Position numbers and translations under genes: made by a program. 64,000 nucleotides of DNA from a candidate division TM6 bacterium GW2011_GWF2_28_16 (GTDB lineage Bacteria; Patescibacteriota; Microgenomatia; UBA1400; PJMF01), in assembly GCA_001029715.1 (NCBI GenBank), contig CP011212.1, positions 131,407-195,406 on the forward strand, given 5' to 3'. Positions 1 through 12,015 of this stretch are shown here, one piece after another (within the stretch, counting starts at the first letter, position 1; the number at the start of each line of letters is the position of its first letter). The notes beneath the pieces were generated by a model that saw only the letters and a program-made list of their open reading frames with translations, did not search any database and was not told the DNA's origin.

Positions 1-484
1 CAGAACCTTTTCCTATTGTTGTTGTAGCCCATTCTCCAACGCCATCTATGGTCACGATACTAGCTGTTTCAAAAGGGGATAAATAAAAGCTACTAGCAGC
101 ATGAGACAAATGATGATCTACGAAATTTATTTTTCCAAAATAATTAATTTCTTTTTCTAGAATTTTTTTTAATTGTAACTTAGAGCCAAGCCAAGGCCCC
201 ATTGTTTTAATAAATTGCCTGTAACTTTTAGGAAAATTATCAATGTGTTGATATAAAACTCTCTCAAATTTAATCAATGGTTTCTCATAAAATGAAATCA
301 AACTTATTTCATTAGCTGCTATTTGAAGGCTGTCTAAGCAAAACTCAATTGCTTTTTTGGGGAAATTGTTATCATGTTTAATTCTGGTAAATCTTTCTTC
401 GGCAGCAGCAGCAATAATTTTGCCATCTTTAATTATGCAAGCAGCACTGTCGTGAAAATAACAAGATATTCCGAGAATGATCAT
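1..484 (-). CDS. Carbamoyltransferase (NodU/CmcH family), N-terminal part, runs off the window start
   Basis: Manual minus-strand translation from ATG 484: MIILGISCYFHDSAACIIKDGKIIAAAAEERFTRIKHDNNFP...HHLSHAASSFYLSPF...TIDGVGEW, the hallmark NodU motifs; not in the ORF track. Confidence 0.9.
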   Translation of the reverse strand, partial: MIILGISCYFHDSAACIIKDGKIIAAAAEERFTRIKHDNNFPKKAIEFCLDSLQIAANEISLISFYEKPLIKFERVLYQHIDNFPKSYRQFIKTMGPWLGSKLQLKKILEKEINYFGKINFVDHHLSHAASSFYLSPFETASIVTIDGVGEWATTTIGKGS

Positions 485-492
485 AAAAATTC

Positions 493-699
493 CTAATACA
501 TTTTATTATGGTTATTATTTTGCAGATATTTTTCCCAAGTGGAGCTATTTATTTTTTTATTTAGAAAGTTTTTAGAAAAAATTTTTGCAATTGTAGCAGA
601 AATAGAGATTCCCAAGAAGAAAATAAAAAAGAGAGCTATTGGCTCAATTTTAGTATTAATTTTATTACTGATTTTTTTTAACTTTTCAATTACAGACAT
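493..699 (-). CDS. Small membrane protein (SxtJ-like, often adjacent to carbamoyltransferases)
   Basis: 68 aa from ATG 699 (MSVIEKLKK...), one hydrophobic segment, ends 8 nt upstream of the carbamoyltransferase start; the longer 157-aa ORF call overlaps the rRNA promoter. Confidence 0.55.
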   Translation of the reverse strand: MSVIEKLKKISNKINTKIEPIALFFIFFLGISISATIAKIFSKNFLNKKINSSTWEKYLQNNNHNKMY

Positions 700-772
700 G
701 CATTTTATATTAACATATTTTATTGAGGCCATCTCGTTTTGTGTATTTTGTGTTTTTGCTCTTAGGTATCTC

Positions 773-800
773 TTGCATTTGTCTAAAAAGCATATATAAT
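773..800 (+). promoter_or_regulatory. Sigma70-type promoter for the tRNA-Ala-23S-5S unit
   Basis: TTGCAT-N16-TATAAT about 200 nt upstream of tRNA-Ala. Confidence 0.6.
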
Positions 801-996
801 CACTCTTTGTCTCTAAGGCTTTTCGGGAAAGTCTACAAGAGTATACGCGACAATCCGTTTTTAGGATTCCCTCCGTCTCAAGAAAACAGCCATTAAATTG
901 GCTAAAAATAGAAAAAACATGAAATTTATTTGATTTTTTGTTTTTTTTGCACGTTAAATTGAACAAGCAAGTGAAAAGTCTCCGAAAGACTTATAA

Positions 997-1070
997 GGGC
1001 CCTTAGCTCAGTTGGCTAGAGCGCCACATTTGCAATGTGGAGGCCAAGGGTTCGAGCCCCTTAGGGTCCA
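997..1070 (+). tRNA. tRNA-Ala(TGC), CCA not encoded
   Basis: GGGCCCT/AGGGTCC acceptor with G3:U70, anticodon arm CCACA-TTTGCAA-TGTGG, T-loop TTCGAGC. Confidence 0.97.
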
Positions 1071-1278
1071 CTTTGATTAATAAAGCCGTTTGCTAATTAT
1101 TAGGCTTTGGATTTTCCTTCCGGGATTTCTAGAGGCTAATAACTAGCAAATTGCTAGACTTTGACGCGTAAGTGTCAAATTTTGTTCTTTAATAAGTGAA
1201 GAAACTTTTTAACTTAAATTTATTTAAGTTAAAAACTAACTGTTACTCAATATGACTGAGTAAGAGAACATTTCAATG

Positions 1279-4216
<2,938 letters not shown>

Positions 4217-4366
4217 TAGTTTTCACAAAGGTCTTATTGAGTAGGTTAGTAGTGAAAGATTTATCTTTTACTACTAACCTTTATATTTCGATATAAAGCA
4301 GTTAGCTTCACTTATTAGCGAGCAAAATCGCTAATTAACATAAAATACGTGCATAAAAACGTTTTA

Positions 4367-4484
4367 TTCTGGTCTCTAGAGCGAGGTGGTACCAACTCTT
4401 CCCATCCCGAACAGAGTCTTGAAACGCTTCAGCGCTGACAATAGTTGGGGGTTCTCCCCCTGCAAAGATAGGTCGAGGCCAGAA
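4367..4484 (+). rRNA. rrf: 5S rRNA, followed by extended stem and T-run terminator
   Basis: TTCTGGTCTC/GAGGCCAGAA closing helix, CCCATCCCGAAC motif, about 118 nt, 150 nt after 23S. Confidence 0.95.
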
Positions 4485-4499
4485 TAAAGCGTTTTTTTT

Positions 4500-4593
4500 G
4501 TGCCCGAGCTTATGCGAGGGTACGTCTGAAGCACAAGCGGAAGACGAGCCAGTCCTTCTTTAAGAAGGTGTGTCCGAAGTGGAAGCGGAGGAC
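4500..4593. repeat. Cluster of short imperfect GC-rich palindromes (REP-like)
   Basis: GTGCCCGAGCTTATGCGAGGGTAC, CGTCTGAAGCACAAGCGGAAGACG and GTCCGAAGTGGAAGCGGAGGAC; the last is 19/22 identical to 33847-33868. Confidence 0.6.
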
Positions 4594-4626
4594 GCGACTA
4601 TTTCCCAATTTTACAGAAATTTTTCT

Positions 4627-4848
4627 TTACAAAAATAGTAAAAACCCAACAAAAACCGCTAGGGCTAGTAATAAATTTATTAGGCCAAGCAAGCTTACGC
4701 TTGAGGAAAAACCAGTAATAAGGGTTTTTTTCATGAGATTGATCTGACGAGAAACTATAAAGATATAGACTAGATTAAAAAAAGCGGCGACAACAAAAGC
4801 AATTTTGAGAGCACCATCTAATAGTTCTGCATTAAAAATATTATTCAT
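4627..4848 (-). CDS. Small two-TM protein (DUF5657-like)
   Basis: 73 aa, two hydrophobic helices with a central RQINLM motif. Confidence 0.6.
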   Translation of the reverse strand: MNNIFNAELLDGALKIAFVVAAFFNLVYIFIVSRQINLMKKTLITGFSSSVSLLGLINLLLALAVFVGFLLFL

Positions 4849-4854
4849 TTTTCC

Positions 4855-5493
4855 TTAATTGACTCTGCCTTCTATTTTTTCTTTTTCTTCTTCTAAGAGA
4901 AGTTCACTTATTAACTTAGTAACTTTGGCTGGCTGGGGAACATTCCCGAACTCGAATTCAGTCTTTTCTCCAGCTGTTTGAATTAGAATGGTTCCATAAT
5001 TGAAAATTGCAGCTAAAGGTCCAGTGGTGCGAGCAGTAACGTCTTCAATATTTTCAATTTTAGCGTAAGAAATATTGTGATAGATCATCGAGGCGAAGTC
5101 GACATCGATAATTCTTTCATCAGTGATAATGTAAACATTAAAGAACCAAATTAAAAATGTTCTAGTGAAAAGACCAAAGGTTAAAACAATCCAAAAAATA
5201 TAAAAAGCGCCTATAAATTTATCTGGAAAAGTTTCTATAAATCCGGAAAAATTGAGCAAAATAGGAATAAGCAAAATAATCATACATAAGAAAAGAAATG
5301 ATTTTAACTGAGTAATTAAATGCTGTCTCAAAACCAAAATAATTTTTTCATCTTTGTTTTGAATATCAAGATGAATGTTTTTTGGTTTAGAAATAAAAGT
5401 ACGAAAGAAATTATTGGTAGATTTTTCGTTTTTCATTACTTCTGAATAATCTTCAACGTTTCTTCTCGCGTGGTGTTTATTTTGATCAGTCAT
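4855..5493 (-). CDS. Membrane protein with bacterial PH domain (bPH_2-like)
   Basis: Two TMs followed by YIITDERIID...IEDVT...FNYGTILIQTAG...VPQP. Confidence 0.8.
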   Translation of the reverse strand: MTDQNKHHARRNVEDYSEVMKNEKSTNNFFRTFISKPKNIHLDIQNKDEKIILVLRQHLITQLKSFLFLCMIILLIPILLNFSGFIETFPDKFIGAFYIFWIVLTFGLFTRTFLIWFFNVYIITDERIIDVDFASMIYHNISYAKIENIEDVTARTTGPLAAIFNYGTILIQTAGEKTEFEFGNVPQPAKVTKLISELLLEEEKEKIEGRVN

Positions 5494-5618
5494 ATTTCTT
5501 TCTAATTATACCATTATATACGCCTTATGATTCCTACTTTGATTTTTCTCTAAAGTTTGCTATCTTATGACACAGATAAGTTTAGTATATTTGTTAGCAA
5601 AAATTATAAAAAGGAAAC

Positions 5619-6359
5619 ATGCCAGTTAAAAAAACCAGTAAAAAAGCAGTCGCAAAAAAAGTGATAAGTAAGCCAGCTGTAAAAACTGTTAAAAAAACAG
5701 TAGTTGCACCTAAGGTTATGCCTAAGATGGTCATGCCAAAAGTTCAGACAATGCCTATAAAAAAGCTTGACTCCAAAAAACTAATTAAGCCTTTAATTTT
5801 TCTACTTATTCTAGCTACTGTTTATTTACTCAAAGATGAGGTGATCGTCGCTAGCGTTAATGGTAAACCAGTGACACGCTGGGCTTTAACACGTAATCTA
5901 GAGAAACAAAGTGCTTCAACTGTTTTAGAAAATATGACCTTACAAATGTTAGTTGAACAAGAACTCAAAAAGGCTGGCATAGAGGTTACTGATGAAGAGA
6001 TGGATGCAGAAATCAGCAAGATTGAGGAGCAATTAGCTGCTCAGGGTCAAAACTTAGATGATTTATTAGCTGCTCAGAATTTAACCAGAACAACTGTTAG
6101 AGAGCAACTGGCCCTCAGTAAAGGCATGGAAAAACTTTTAGCTGGCAATATCATTGTTACCGATGAAGAAATCACTGCCTATTTCGAGCAAAACAAAGAA
6201 ATGATGGGCGCAGACGTTGCTTTGGAAGATATTAAAGCTGACATTGAAGCTCAATTGAAACAAGAAAAGTTAGCTACAGAGCAACAAAAATGGTTTGCAG
6301 AAATTAAGAAAAATGCAAAGATCAATTACTTTAAATTTGCTCCAAGCGTTAATCTTTAA
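5619..6359 (+). CDS. SurA N-terminal domain / PrsA-like foldase with Lys-rich N-terminus
   Basis: TM then VASVNGKPVT, EVTDEEMDAEI, VTDEEITAYF, C-terminal KKNAKI; no clear parvulin domain; AAGGA SD. Confidence 0.75.
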   Translation: MPVKKTSKKAVAKKVISKPAVKTVKKTVVAPKVMPKMVMPKVQTMPIKKLDSKKLIKPLIFLLILATVYLLKDEVIVASVNGKPVTRWALTRNLEKQSASTVLENMTLQMLVEQELKKAGIEVTDEEMDAEISKIEEQLAAQGQNLDDLLAAQNLTRTTVREQLALSKGMEKLLAGNIIVTDEEITAYFEQNKEMMGADVALEDIKADIEAQLKQEKLATEQQKWFAEIKKNAKINYFKFAPSVNL

Positions 6360-6380
6360 AAATTAAAATAATAAATATTG

Positions 6381-6414
6381 AATCCCTCAAGCTTTTAGTT
6401 TGGGGGATTTTTTT
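6381..6414. terminator. Intrinsic terminator between convergent genes
   Basis: AATCCCTCAAGC-TTTTA-GTTTGGGGATT followed by T-run. Confidence 0.75.
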
Positions 6415-6415
6415 A

Positions 6416-8236
6416 TTAAGTTTCAAGAACTGCCAAAAAAGCATCTTGATTAAGTTGTACTTGACCAATTTGTTTCATTCTTTTTTTGCCTTTGGCTTGT
6501 TTATCCAAGAGTTTCATTCTTCTAGTGCGATCGCCGCCGTAAAGTTTAGCAGTCACATCTTTACGCCAAGCTTTGATGGTTTCTCTAGCGATAACTTTTG
6601 CCCCAATGCTGGCCTGAATTGGAATCTCGAATAATTGACGAGGAATAACTTCTTTTAATTTTTTAACAATTGCTCGAGCTTTTGCTTCAACGTTATCTGC
6701 CACAGTAATAAAACTGAGAGCTTCTATCGATTCTTTGTTGACTAAAATTTCTACTTTAACAGCATCCACTTCTCTAAAATCTTGGAGGACATATTCCATA
6801 GAAGCAAAGCCCGAGGTAACAGACTTAAGCTTGTCGTGGAAGTCAGTAATGAGTTCAGCTAAGGGAATTAGATATTCCAAACGATTGCGGTTGCCAGTGC
6901 CAATACTGTTTTCCAAAGTGGCTCTTTTTTCATGACAAAGCTTCATGACTGCAGAAACATAATCTTCTGGACAGAAAACACTCAATTTAGCAATCGGTTC
7001 AAGTATTTTTCTCACTCTACTTAAATCTGGCATTTCTGCTGGAGAGTGAATTTCAATTATTTTGTCATTAGTGGTTAAAATTTGGTAGGTTACAGATGGA
7101 GCAGTGGCGATGAGGTCCAAATCAAATTCTCTCATTAATCTCTCGCGAACTATCTCAGCATGAAAAATACCTAGGAAGCCAACACGCAAGCCATTTCCCA
7201 AGGCAATGGAGTGGGTAGACTGATATTGCAGCGCACTATCATGCATGGTCAATTTTGCCATGGCGTCCTTTAGATTGGAAAAATCTTTGCTATCCACTGG
7301 ATAGATTTCCATAAAAACCATGGGAGTTGGTTCTTTGTAACCAGGTAAAACCTCAATCATTTCTCTGTCTTCAAAGCTAGTAATTGTGTCACCTACTTTA
7401 AGTAGAGAGATGTCCTTCAGTCCTGTAGCGATGTAACCAACTTCACCCTCTTTAAGAACAGCTCTTTTTTCTTTTTCTGGAGCAAAAATGCCAATTTCTA
7501 CTGGCAAGAATTTAGTTTTACTAAAACTTAAGTACATATCCTTTTTGCTCATTTCACCATTAACCACTCTCATATAAGCAATGGCGCCCTGATGGTTGTC
7601 AAATTTAGAAGTAATGATCAAAGCTCTTAGTTTATCGCTTTCTTGAACATGATCCTCTTGGATAAGTTTTTTTCCTGGCGCAGGTACTTCTTCGATAATT
7701 CTTTGTAAAACCTTTTCCACGCCTTGCCCAGTTTTGGCTGAGACCATTAGAACTTCTTCTTCATTTAGTTCAAAAAACTCCATGATTTCAAGAATGCTTT
7801 GCTCAACATTGGCTGATGGCAAATCAATTTTGTTAATGACAGGAATGATTTTAAGTTTCAAATTTTTAGCTTTTTGATAATTAGCCAATGTTTGAGCTTG
7901 TACTCCTTGAGTAGCATCGATGAGCAAAAGAGCTCCTTCACAAGCAGCGAGTGAGCGATCTACTTCATAACCAAAATCAACATGTCCTGGAGTATCAATT
8001 AAATTGAGGATATATTTTTTGCCTAAATGTTCATAGTTCATGCGAACAGGGGCTAATTTGATAGTTACACCCTTTTCTTGTTCAATTGGATTTGAGTCCA
8101 TCATGCGAGCATGAAAATTGAGGTCAGAAACGGCACCAGTGAGACGCAGAAAAGCATCGGTCAAAGTAGTTTTGCCGTGATCTATGTGAGCGATGATAGA
8201 AAAATTTCTAATCAAAGAAAGATCACTGTTTGTCAT
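6416..8236 (-). CDS. lepA: Elongation factor 4 (LepA)
   Basis: IRNFSIIAHIDHGKTT, NLIDTPGHVDF, GFLGIFHAEI, C-terminal KLYGGDRTRRMKLL. Confidence 0.98.
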   Translation of the reverse strand: MTNSDLSLIRNFSIIAHIDHGKTTLTDAFLRLTGAVSDLNFHARMMDSNPIEQEKGVTIKLAPVRMNYEHLGKKYILNLIDTPGHVDFGYEVDRSLAACEGALLLIDATQGVQAQTLANYQKAKNLKLKIIPVINKIDLPSANVEQSILEIMEFFELNEEEVLMVSAKTGQGVEKVLQRIIEEVPAPGKKLIQEDHVQESDKLRALIITSKFDNHQGAIAYMRVVNGEMSKKDMYLSFSKTKFLPVEIGIFAPEKEKRAVLKEGEVGYIATGLKDISLLKVGDTITSFEDREMIEVLPGYKEPTPMVFMEIYPVDSKDFSNLKDAMAKLTMHDSALQYQSTHSIALGNGLRVGFLGIFHAEIVRERLMREFDLDLIATAPSVTYQILTTNDKIIEIHSPAEMPDLSRVRKILEPIAKLSVFCPEDYVSAVMKLCHEKRATLENSIGTGNRNRLEYLIPLAELITDFHDKLKSVTSGFASMEYVLQDFREVDAVKVEILVNKESIEALSFITVADNVEAKARAIVKKLKEVIPRQLFEIPIQASIGAKVIARETIKAWRKDVTAKLYGGDRTRRMKLLDKQAKGKKRMKQIGQVQLNQDAFLAVLET

Positions 8237-8244
8237 GGACGAAT

Positions 8245-8481
8245 TTATTTACCAAGCAATTTGCTTAGAGAGGCTTTAACGCGGGCAGCCTTGTTTTTCT
8301 GTACGATATTTTTCTTGACACTGCGGTCAACCGCGGAGAAGGCAGCACTGAGTTTGTCAGCAGCTGGACTTTTCTTCATTTCATCAATAGCAGTCTTCAT
8401 TTTTGATCTCAACTGAGTATTGATAACAGTTTTTCTCTGGCTAGCTCTAAGAGCTTTTTTGGCGTTTTTGAGTATCGGCAT
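8245..8481 (-). CDS. rpsT: 30S ribosomal protein S20
   Basis: MPILKNAKKALRAS...KNKAARVKASL; start moved to ATG 8481. Confidence 0.95.
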   Translation of the reverse strand: MPILKNAKKALRASQRKTVINTQLRSKMKTAIDEMKKSPAADKLSAAFSAVDRSVKKNIVQKNKAARVKASLSKLLGK

Positions 8482-8560
8482 AGGCGACAATTATACTAGA
8501 GGTGTTGCCTTTAAGCAAGCAAGCCTTCGCATTAAAAGCTTTTACAGTATAATGTTATCC

Positions 8561-10246
8561 GTGATCTCTTTGACTAAAATATTCAATAGTAATGGCAAAT
8601 GGCTGGAAAGAAAGCAAAATTCTATTCTTTCTGCCGCTTTGGTGATTACTTTGGCCAACATTTTTTCTTCAGTTTTTGGTTTATGGCGAGAAAGAGTTTT
8701 AATTAACCAATTTTTTAGCACTGATGTTTCTCAAAAGGCCTACGAGGCTTTTCAAGTAGCTTTCCAAATTCCGGACATGATTTTTCAATTGATTGTCATG
8801 GGTGCTTTGGCAGCTTCATTTATTCCACTTTTCACAGAGCTTAAAAAGAAAAATGAAAAAGATGCTTTTCACTTTACTTCAATCGTTATGAATTGGGTGC
8901 TTTTAGTTTTTTTAGTTGTTTCAGTTTTAGCTTTTATTTTTGCAGAACCAATTACGGCTTTTCGCACAGGTGTAGAATTTACCCCAGAACAAATCGCTAC
9001 TGCAGTTAAATTAACTCGTCTAATGCTTTTTGCGCAGATTTTCTTTGCGATCTCAAACTTTTTGACTGGGATTTTACAAGCTTACCAGCGTTTTGTCGCT
9101 CCAGCTCTTGCTCCAATTTTTTATAACCTAGGTATTATGTTGGGAACAGTTTTCTTGGCTAAATATTTTGGCATTTATGCTGCTGGACTAGGTGTTTTAA
9201 TCGGTGCATTTTTGCATATGGCTATTCAGTTGCCTCTAGTTTGGAAGATGGGCTTTCGCTTTAAGTTTGATTTTAATTTGAAATTTACTTCAGTTAAAAA
9301 GCTTTTTTCTTTGATGCCACCGCGTTTATTAACGGTAGGAGTGACTGAATTTCAGAATTTAGCTATGGGCTTTTTTGCTACCACAATCGGTGATCTCAGT
9401 TTCGTAGTGGTTAAACTAGCCAGTCGTTTAATGAGTTTACCAATTCGTTTTTTTGGTGTGCCGATTTCGCAAGCTTCCTTGTCATTTTTGTCTGAAGAAT
9501 CAGCCGTTGAAAATCGACAGAAATTTAATCGTTTGTTACTGCAGTCTTTGAATCAAATTGCCTTTTTTGCTATGCCAGCTTCAGTGCTTTTGTTAATTCT
9601 GCGTGTGCCAATCGTTCGTTTAGTTTTTGGTACTTACAACTTCCCTTGGGGGACTACTGTCTTAACTGGAAAAGTAGTAGCTATTATTGCCATCTCGATC
9701 ACTGCTCAAGCAATGGTTCAACTTTTAGTGAGAGCTTTTCATGCTCTTAAAGATACCAAAACACCTTTTATAATCACCTTAGTTACAGTGGCTTCTTATT
9801 TGTTAGTTTCTTATCTTTCAGTTTTTGTTTTTTCGCTAGATGTTTTGGGCTTGGGTTTGGCAATTTCTTTTTCAGCTTTTTTAGAACTGATTTTGTTTTT
9901 ATTTTTACTAAATAAAAAATTGGCTTGTTTTAATAATAAAGAATTTTGGGGGCCACAAATAAAAATATTAGCATCAAGCTTTTTTATGGCTGTTTTTCTT
10001 TATTTGCCATTTAAAATACTTGATGAAGTAGTTTTTGATACCTCTAAAACTATTGACTTGATTGCCCTAACCGTTTCAACAGCAAGCGTCGCAAGTCTGG
10101 TTTATATATATTTTTCAGTGCTTTTTGATGTTAAAGAATTAACTTATTTTCGCAATATTTTGGGCAAATTTGGCAAGTGGAAAGAAGCGATTGAGGACTC
10201 CTCAGAGGTGCTTTTGGACAGTTCTACCACTGACAGCGAACGATAG
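8561..10246 (+). CDS. murJ: Lipid II flippase MurJ (MviN)
   Basis: AFQIPDMIF, GALAASFIPLF, QLP, many TMs; likely GTG start 7 nt after TATAAT at 8548-8553. Confidence 0.93.
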   Translation: MISLTKIFNSNGKWLERKQNSILSAALVITLANIFSSVFGLWRERVLINQFFSTDVSQKAYEAFQVAFQIPDMIFQLIVMGALAASFIPLFTELKKKNEKDAFHFTSIVMNWVLLVFLVVSVLAFIFAEPITAFRTGVEFTPEQIATAVKLTRLMLFAQIFFAISNFLTGILQAYQRFVAPALAPIFYNLGIMLGTVFLAKYFGIYAAGLGVLIGAFLHMAIQLPLVWKMGFRFKFDFNLKFTSVKKLFSLMPPRLLTVGVTEFQNLAMGFFATTIGDLSFVVVKLASRLMSLPIRFFGVPISQASLSFLSEESAVENRQKFNRLLLQSLNQIAFFAMPASVLLLILRVPIVRLVFGTYNFPWGTTVLTGKVVAIIAISITAQAMVQLLVRAFHALKDTKTPFIITLVTVASYLLVSYLSVFVFSLDVLGLGLAISFSAFLELILFLFLLNKKLACFNNKEFWGPQIKILASSFFMAVFLYLPFKILDEVVFDTSKTIDLIALTVSTASVASLVYIYFSVLFDVKELTYFRNILGKFGKWKEAIEDSSEVLLDSSTTDSER

Positions 10247-10287
10247 CGAATTGTAAAAACTTGGCGAAACCCTTATTATAGAGATGA

Positions 10288-10860
10288 ATGTCAAAAAAGC
10301 CTGCCAATAAAAAATTGGACATTACTGTTAATCTAGTTCCTCAAGATCCTTTTTTTGAGACGGCCTTGGGACGTTTTTTGAAATGGGCACTTTCTATTGG
10401 GCGTTATATTGTTATTTTTACAGAAATGATTGTTATTTTAAGCTTTGCTTCTAGATTTACTTTAGATCGCATGGTCACTGATCTCAACTCTTCAATTAAT
10501 CAAAAAGAAAACGTGATTAGTTCCTATGGTGATTTAGAGAAAAAGTTTCGTTTTATTCAACAACAAATTGGAGATTATCAGCAATTTAAGCAAGAGTCTA
10601 ATTTAATTGATATTTTTCCGATTTTAAATAAAAATGTTCCAGATGACGTTGTTTTTGAAACTCTCTTAATCAGAGCAGACGCAATTAATTTTACTGGCTC
10701 AGCTTTATCTCAAAATGCCTTAAACGTTCTGATTAACAATTTACAGCTTAGTCCATCATTCCCAGAAGTAAGTGTTAACAAAATTGAATCTAGGGGTGAA
10801 AAAACCTCTGGTTTTAATTTTGATATTAGATCAACAATTAATTTAAATGCCAAAAACTAG
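10288..10860 (+). CDS. pilN: Type IV pilus alignment protein PilN-like
   Basis: N-terminal VNLVP motif, TM, coiled coil, ferredoxin-like domain (P..V.F..L...G.A...NNL..SP.F). Confidence 0.75.
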   Translation: MSKKPANKKLDITVNLVPQDPFFETALGRFLKWALSIGRYIVIFTEMIVILSFASRFTLDRMVTDLNSSINQKENVISSYGDLEKKFRFIQQQIGDYQQFKQESNLIDIFPILNKNVPDDVVFETLLIRADAINFTGSALSQNALNVLINNLQLSPSFPEVSVNKIESRGEKTSGFNFDIRSTINLNAKN

Positions 10861-11458
10861 ACAAGAACAAATTCAGCGTGTTTTATTTGATTTTTATAAA
10901 AATCCAGTGGCTAGGGTATCTCTAGAGTTAGTTTTTTCTATTTTAGCCATAATTTTCTTTGCTATTTTTGCAATTAAGCCAACTTTGCAAACCATGACCG
11001 AATTAGTTAAAGAAATAAACGATAAAAGAGCTCTCGATGAACAATTAAATCAAAAAATTGCTAGCTTAAATACTGCTCAAAGTCAGTACGAAAAGTATAG
11101 TTCTCAATTTTATTTATTAGATGAGGCCATTCCTAAAACCGCTAATTTAGTTGAGAGTTTGAAAATAGTTGAAAAAATCGCTAGTGAGAATAACTTGGCA
11201 ATTCAGGGGATTACAATCTCATCTGTTCCAGATGAACTAGTCAAGGCAAATGCTAATCAGTCCAAAAGAGAGTCTTTAACTTTTAATATCGATTTAGTGG
11301 GTGACTATGTAAATATTCGTCAATTTATTGAGGGTTTAATGGATTCTCGTAGAATGATGATTGTTGATCAGGTTAATTTCAGCATGGGTAGCAATCGTTA
11401 CCAAAAAAACTTAAATGCTATTGTTAGAATTAATTTGCCTTACTATCTTAATGAATAA
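10847..11458 (+). CDS. pilO: Type IV pilus alignment protein PilO-like
   Basis: TM (FAIFAIKPT), coiled coil, AIP, G.Y..I..FI..L..SRR motif; overlaps pilN stop. Confidence 0.8.
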   Translation: MPKTRQEQIQRVLFDFYKNPVARVSLELVFSILAIIFFAIFAIKPTLQTMTELVKEINDKRALDEQLNQKIASLNTAQSQYEKYSSQFYLLDEAIPKTANLVESLKIVEKIASENNLAIQGITISSVPDELVKANANQSKRESLTFNIDLVGDYVNIRQFIEGLMDSRRMMIVDQVNFSMGSNRYQKNLNAIVRINLPYYLNE

Positions 11459-11943
11459 TGAAAAAAACAGATAATAACAGTATTAGCAAACAATTAAATA
11501 AATTGCGCCGCGATAAGAGATTTTTATGGCTTGGAATTTTATTTTTTGTTTTAGTAACTTTTTGGATCTTACTTAGTCTTTTTGCTACTACTAAGACGAG
11601 CTCAATTTCTCCAGAATTACAGATCTTAGCTAAGCCTTTTGTGCCGAGACTAGAGTCTAAAGTTTTTGATGAGATTTTGCTAAAGAGATTTTTTTCTAAA
11701 GAAGAGCTTTCTCGTTTTTCTATTTATATTTTAGATAAAAATAATACGGGAGAAGAATCCCAACTAATTGATATTACTACTGAGAGTGATGGATTACTAA
11801 AAGAGCAATCTATGGCAGAAGAATCAACTACATCGCCAACACCAACACCAGCATCATCGCCAACACAAGCAGCAGATCCTGGGAGTTCAAATATAGACAA
11901 TATTTTAGAGGCAATTGAGGGTGATAATAAACCTCAAAACTAA
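11458..11943 (+). CDS. Single-TM hypothetical protein at the PilP position
   Basis: TAATG-coupled to pilO; N-terminal TM, Pro/Thr-rich tail. Confidence 0.55.
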   Translation: MKKTDNNSISKQLNKLRRDKRFLWLGILFFVLVTFWILLSLFATTKTSSISPELQILAKPFVPRLESKVFDEILLKRFFSKEELSRFSIYILDKNNTGEESQLIDITTESDGLLKEQSMAEESTTSPTPTPASSPTQAADPGSSNIDNILEAIEGDNKPQN

Positions 11944-12015
11944 AGTCTAATACTTGTTGCTTTGCTCAAGATCATGTAAATTTAATGTAAGGATATTTAT
12001 AGCTGTTATTTTTTT

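Noticed and set aside
539-966. ORF 539-799 (+) and the N-terminal extension of 493-966 (-)
   Set aside because: Shadow of the small membrane gene and overlap with the rRNA promoter/leader
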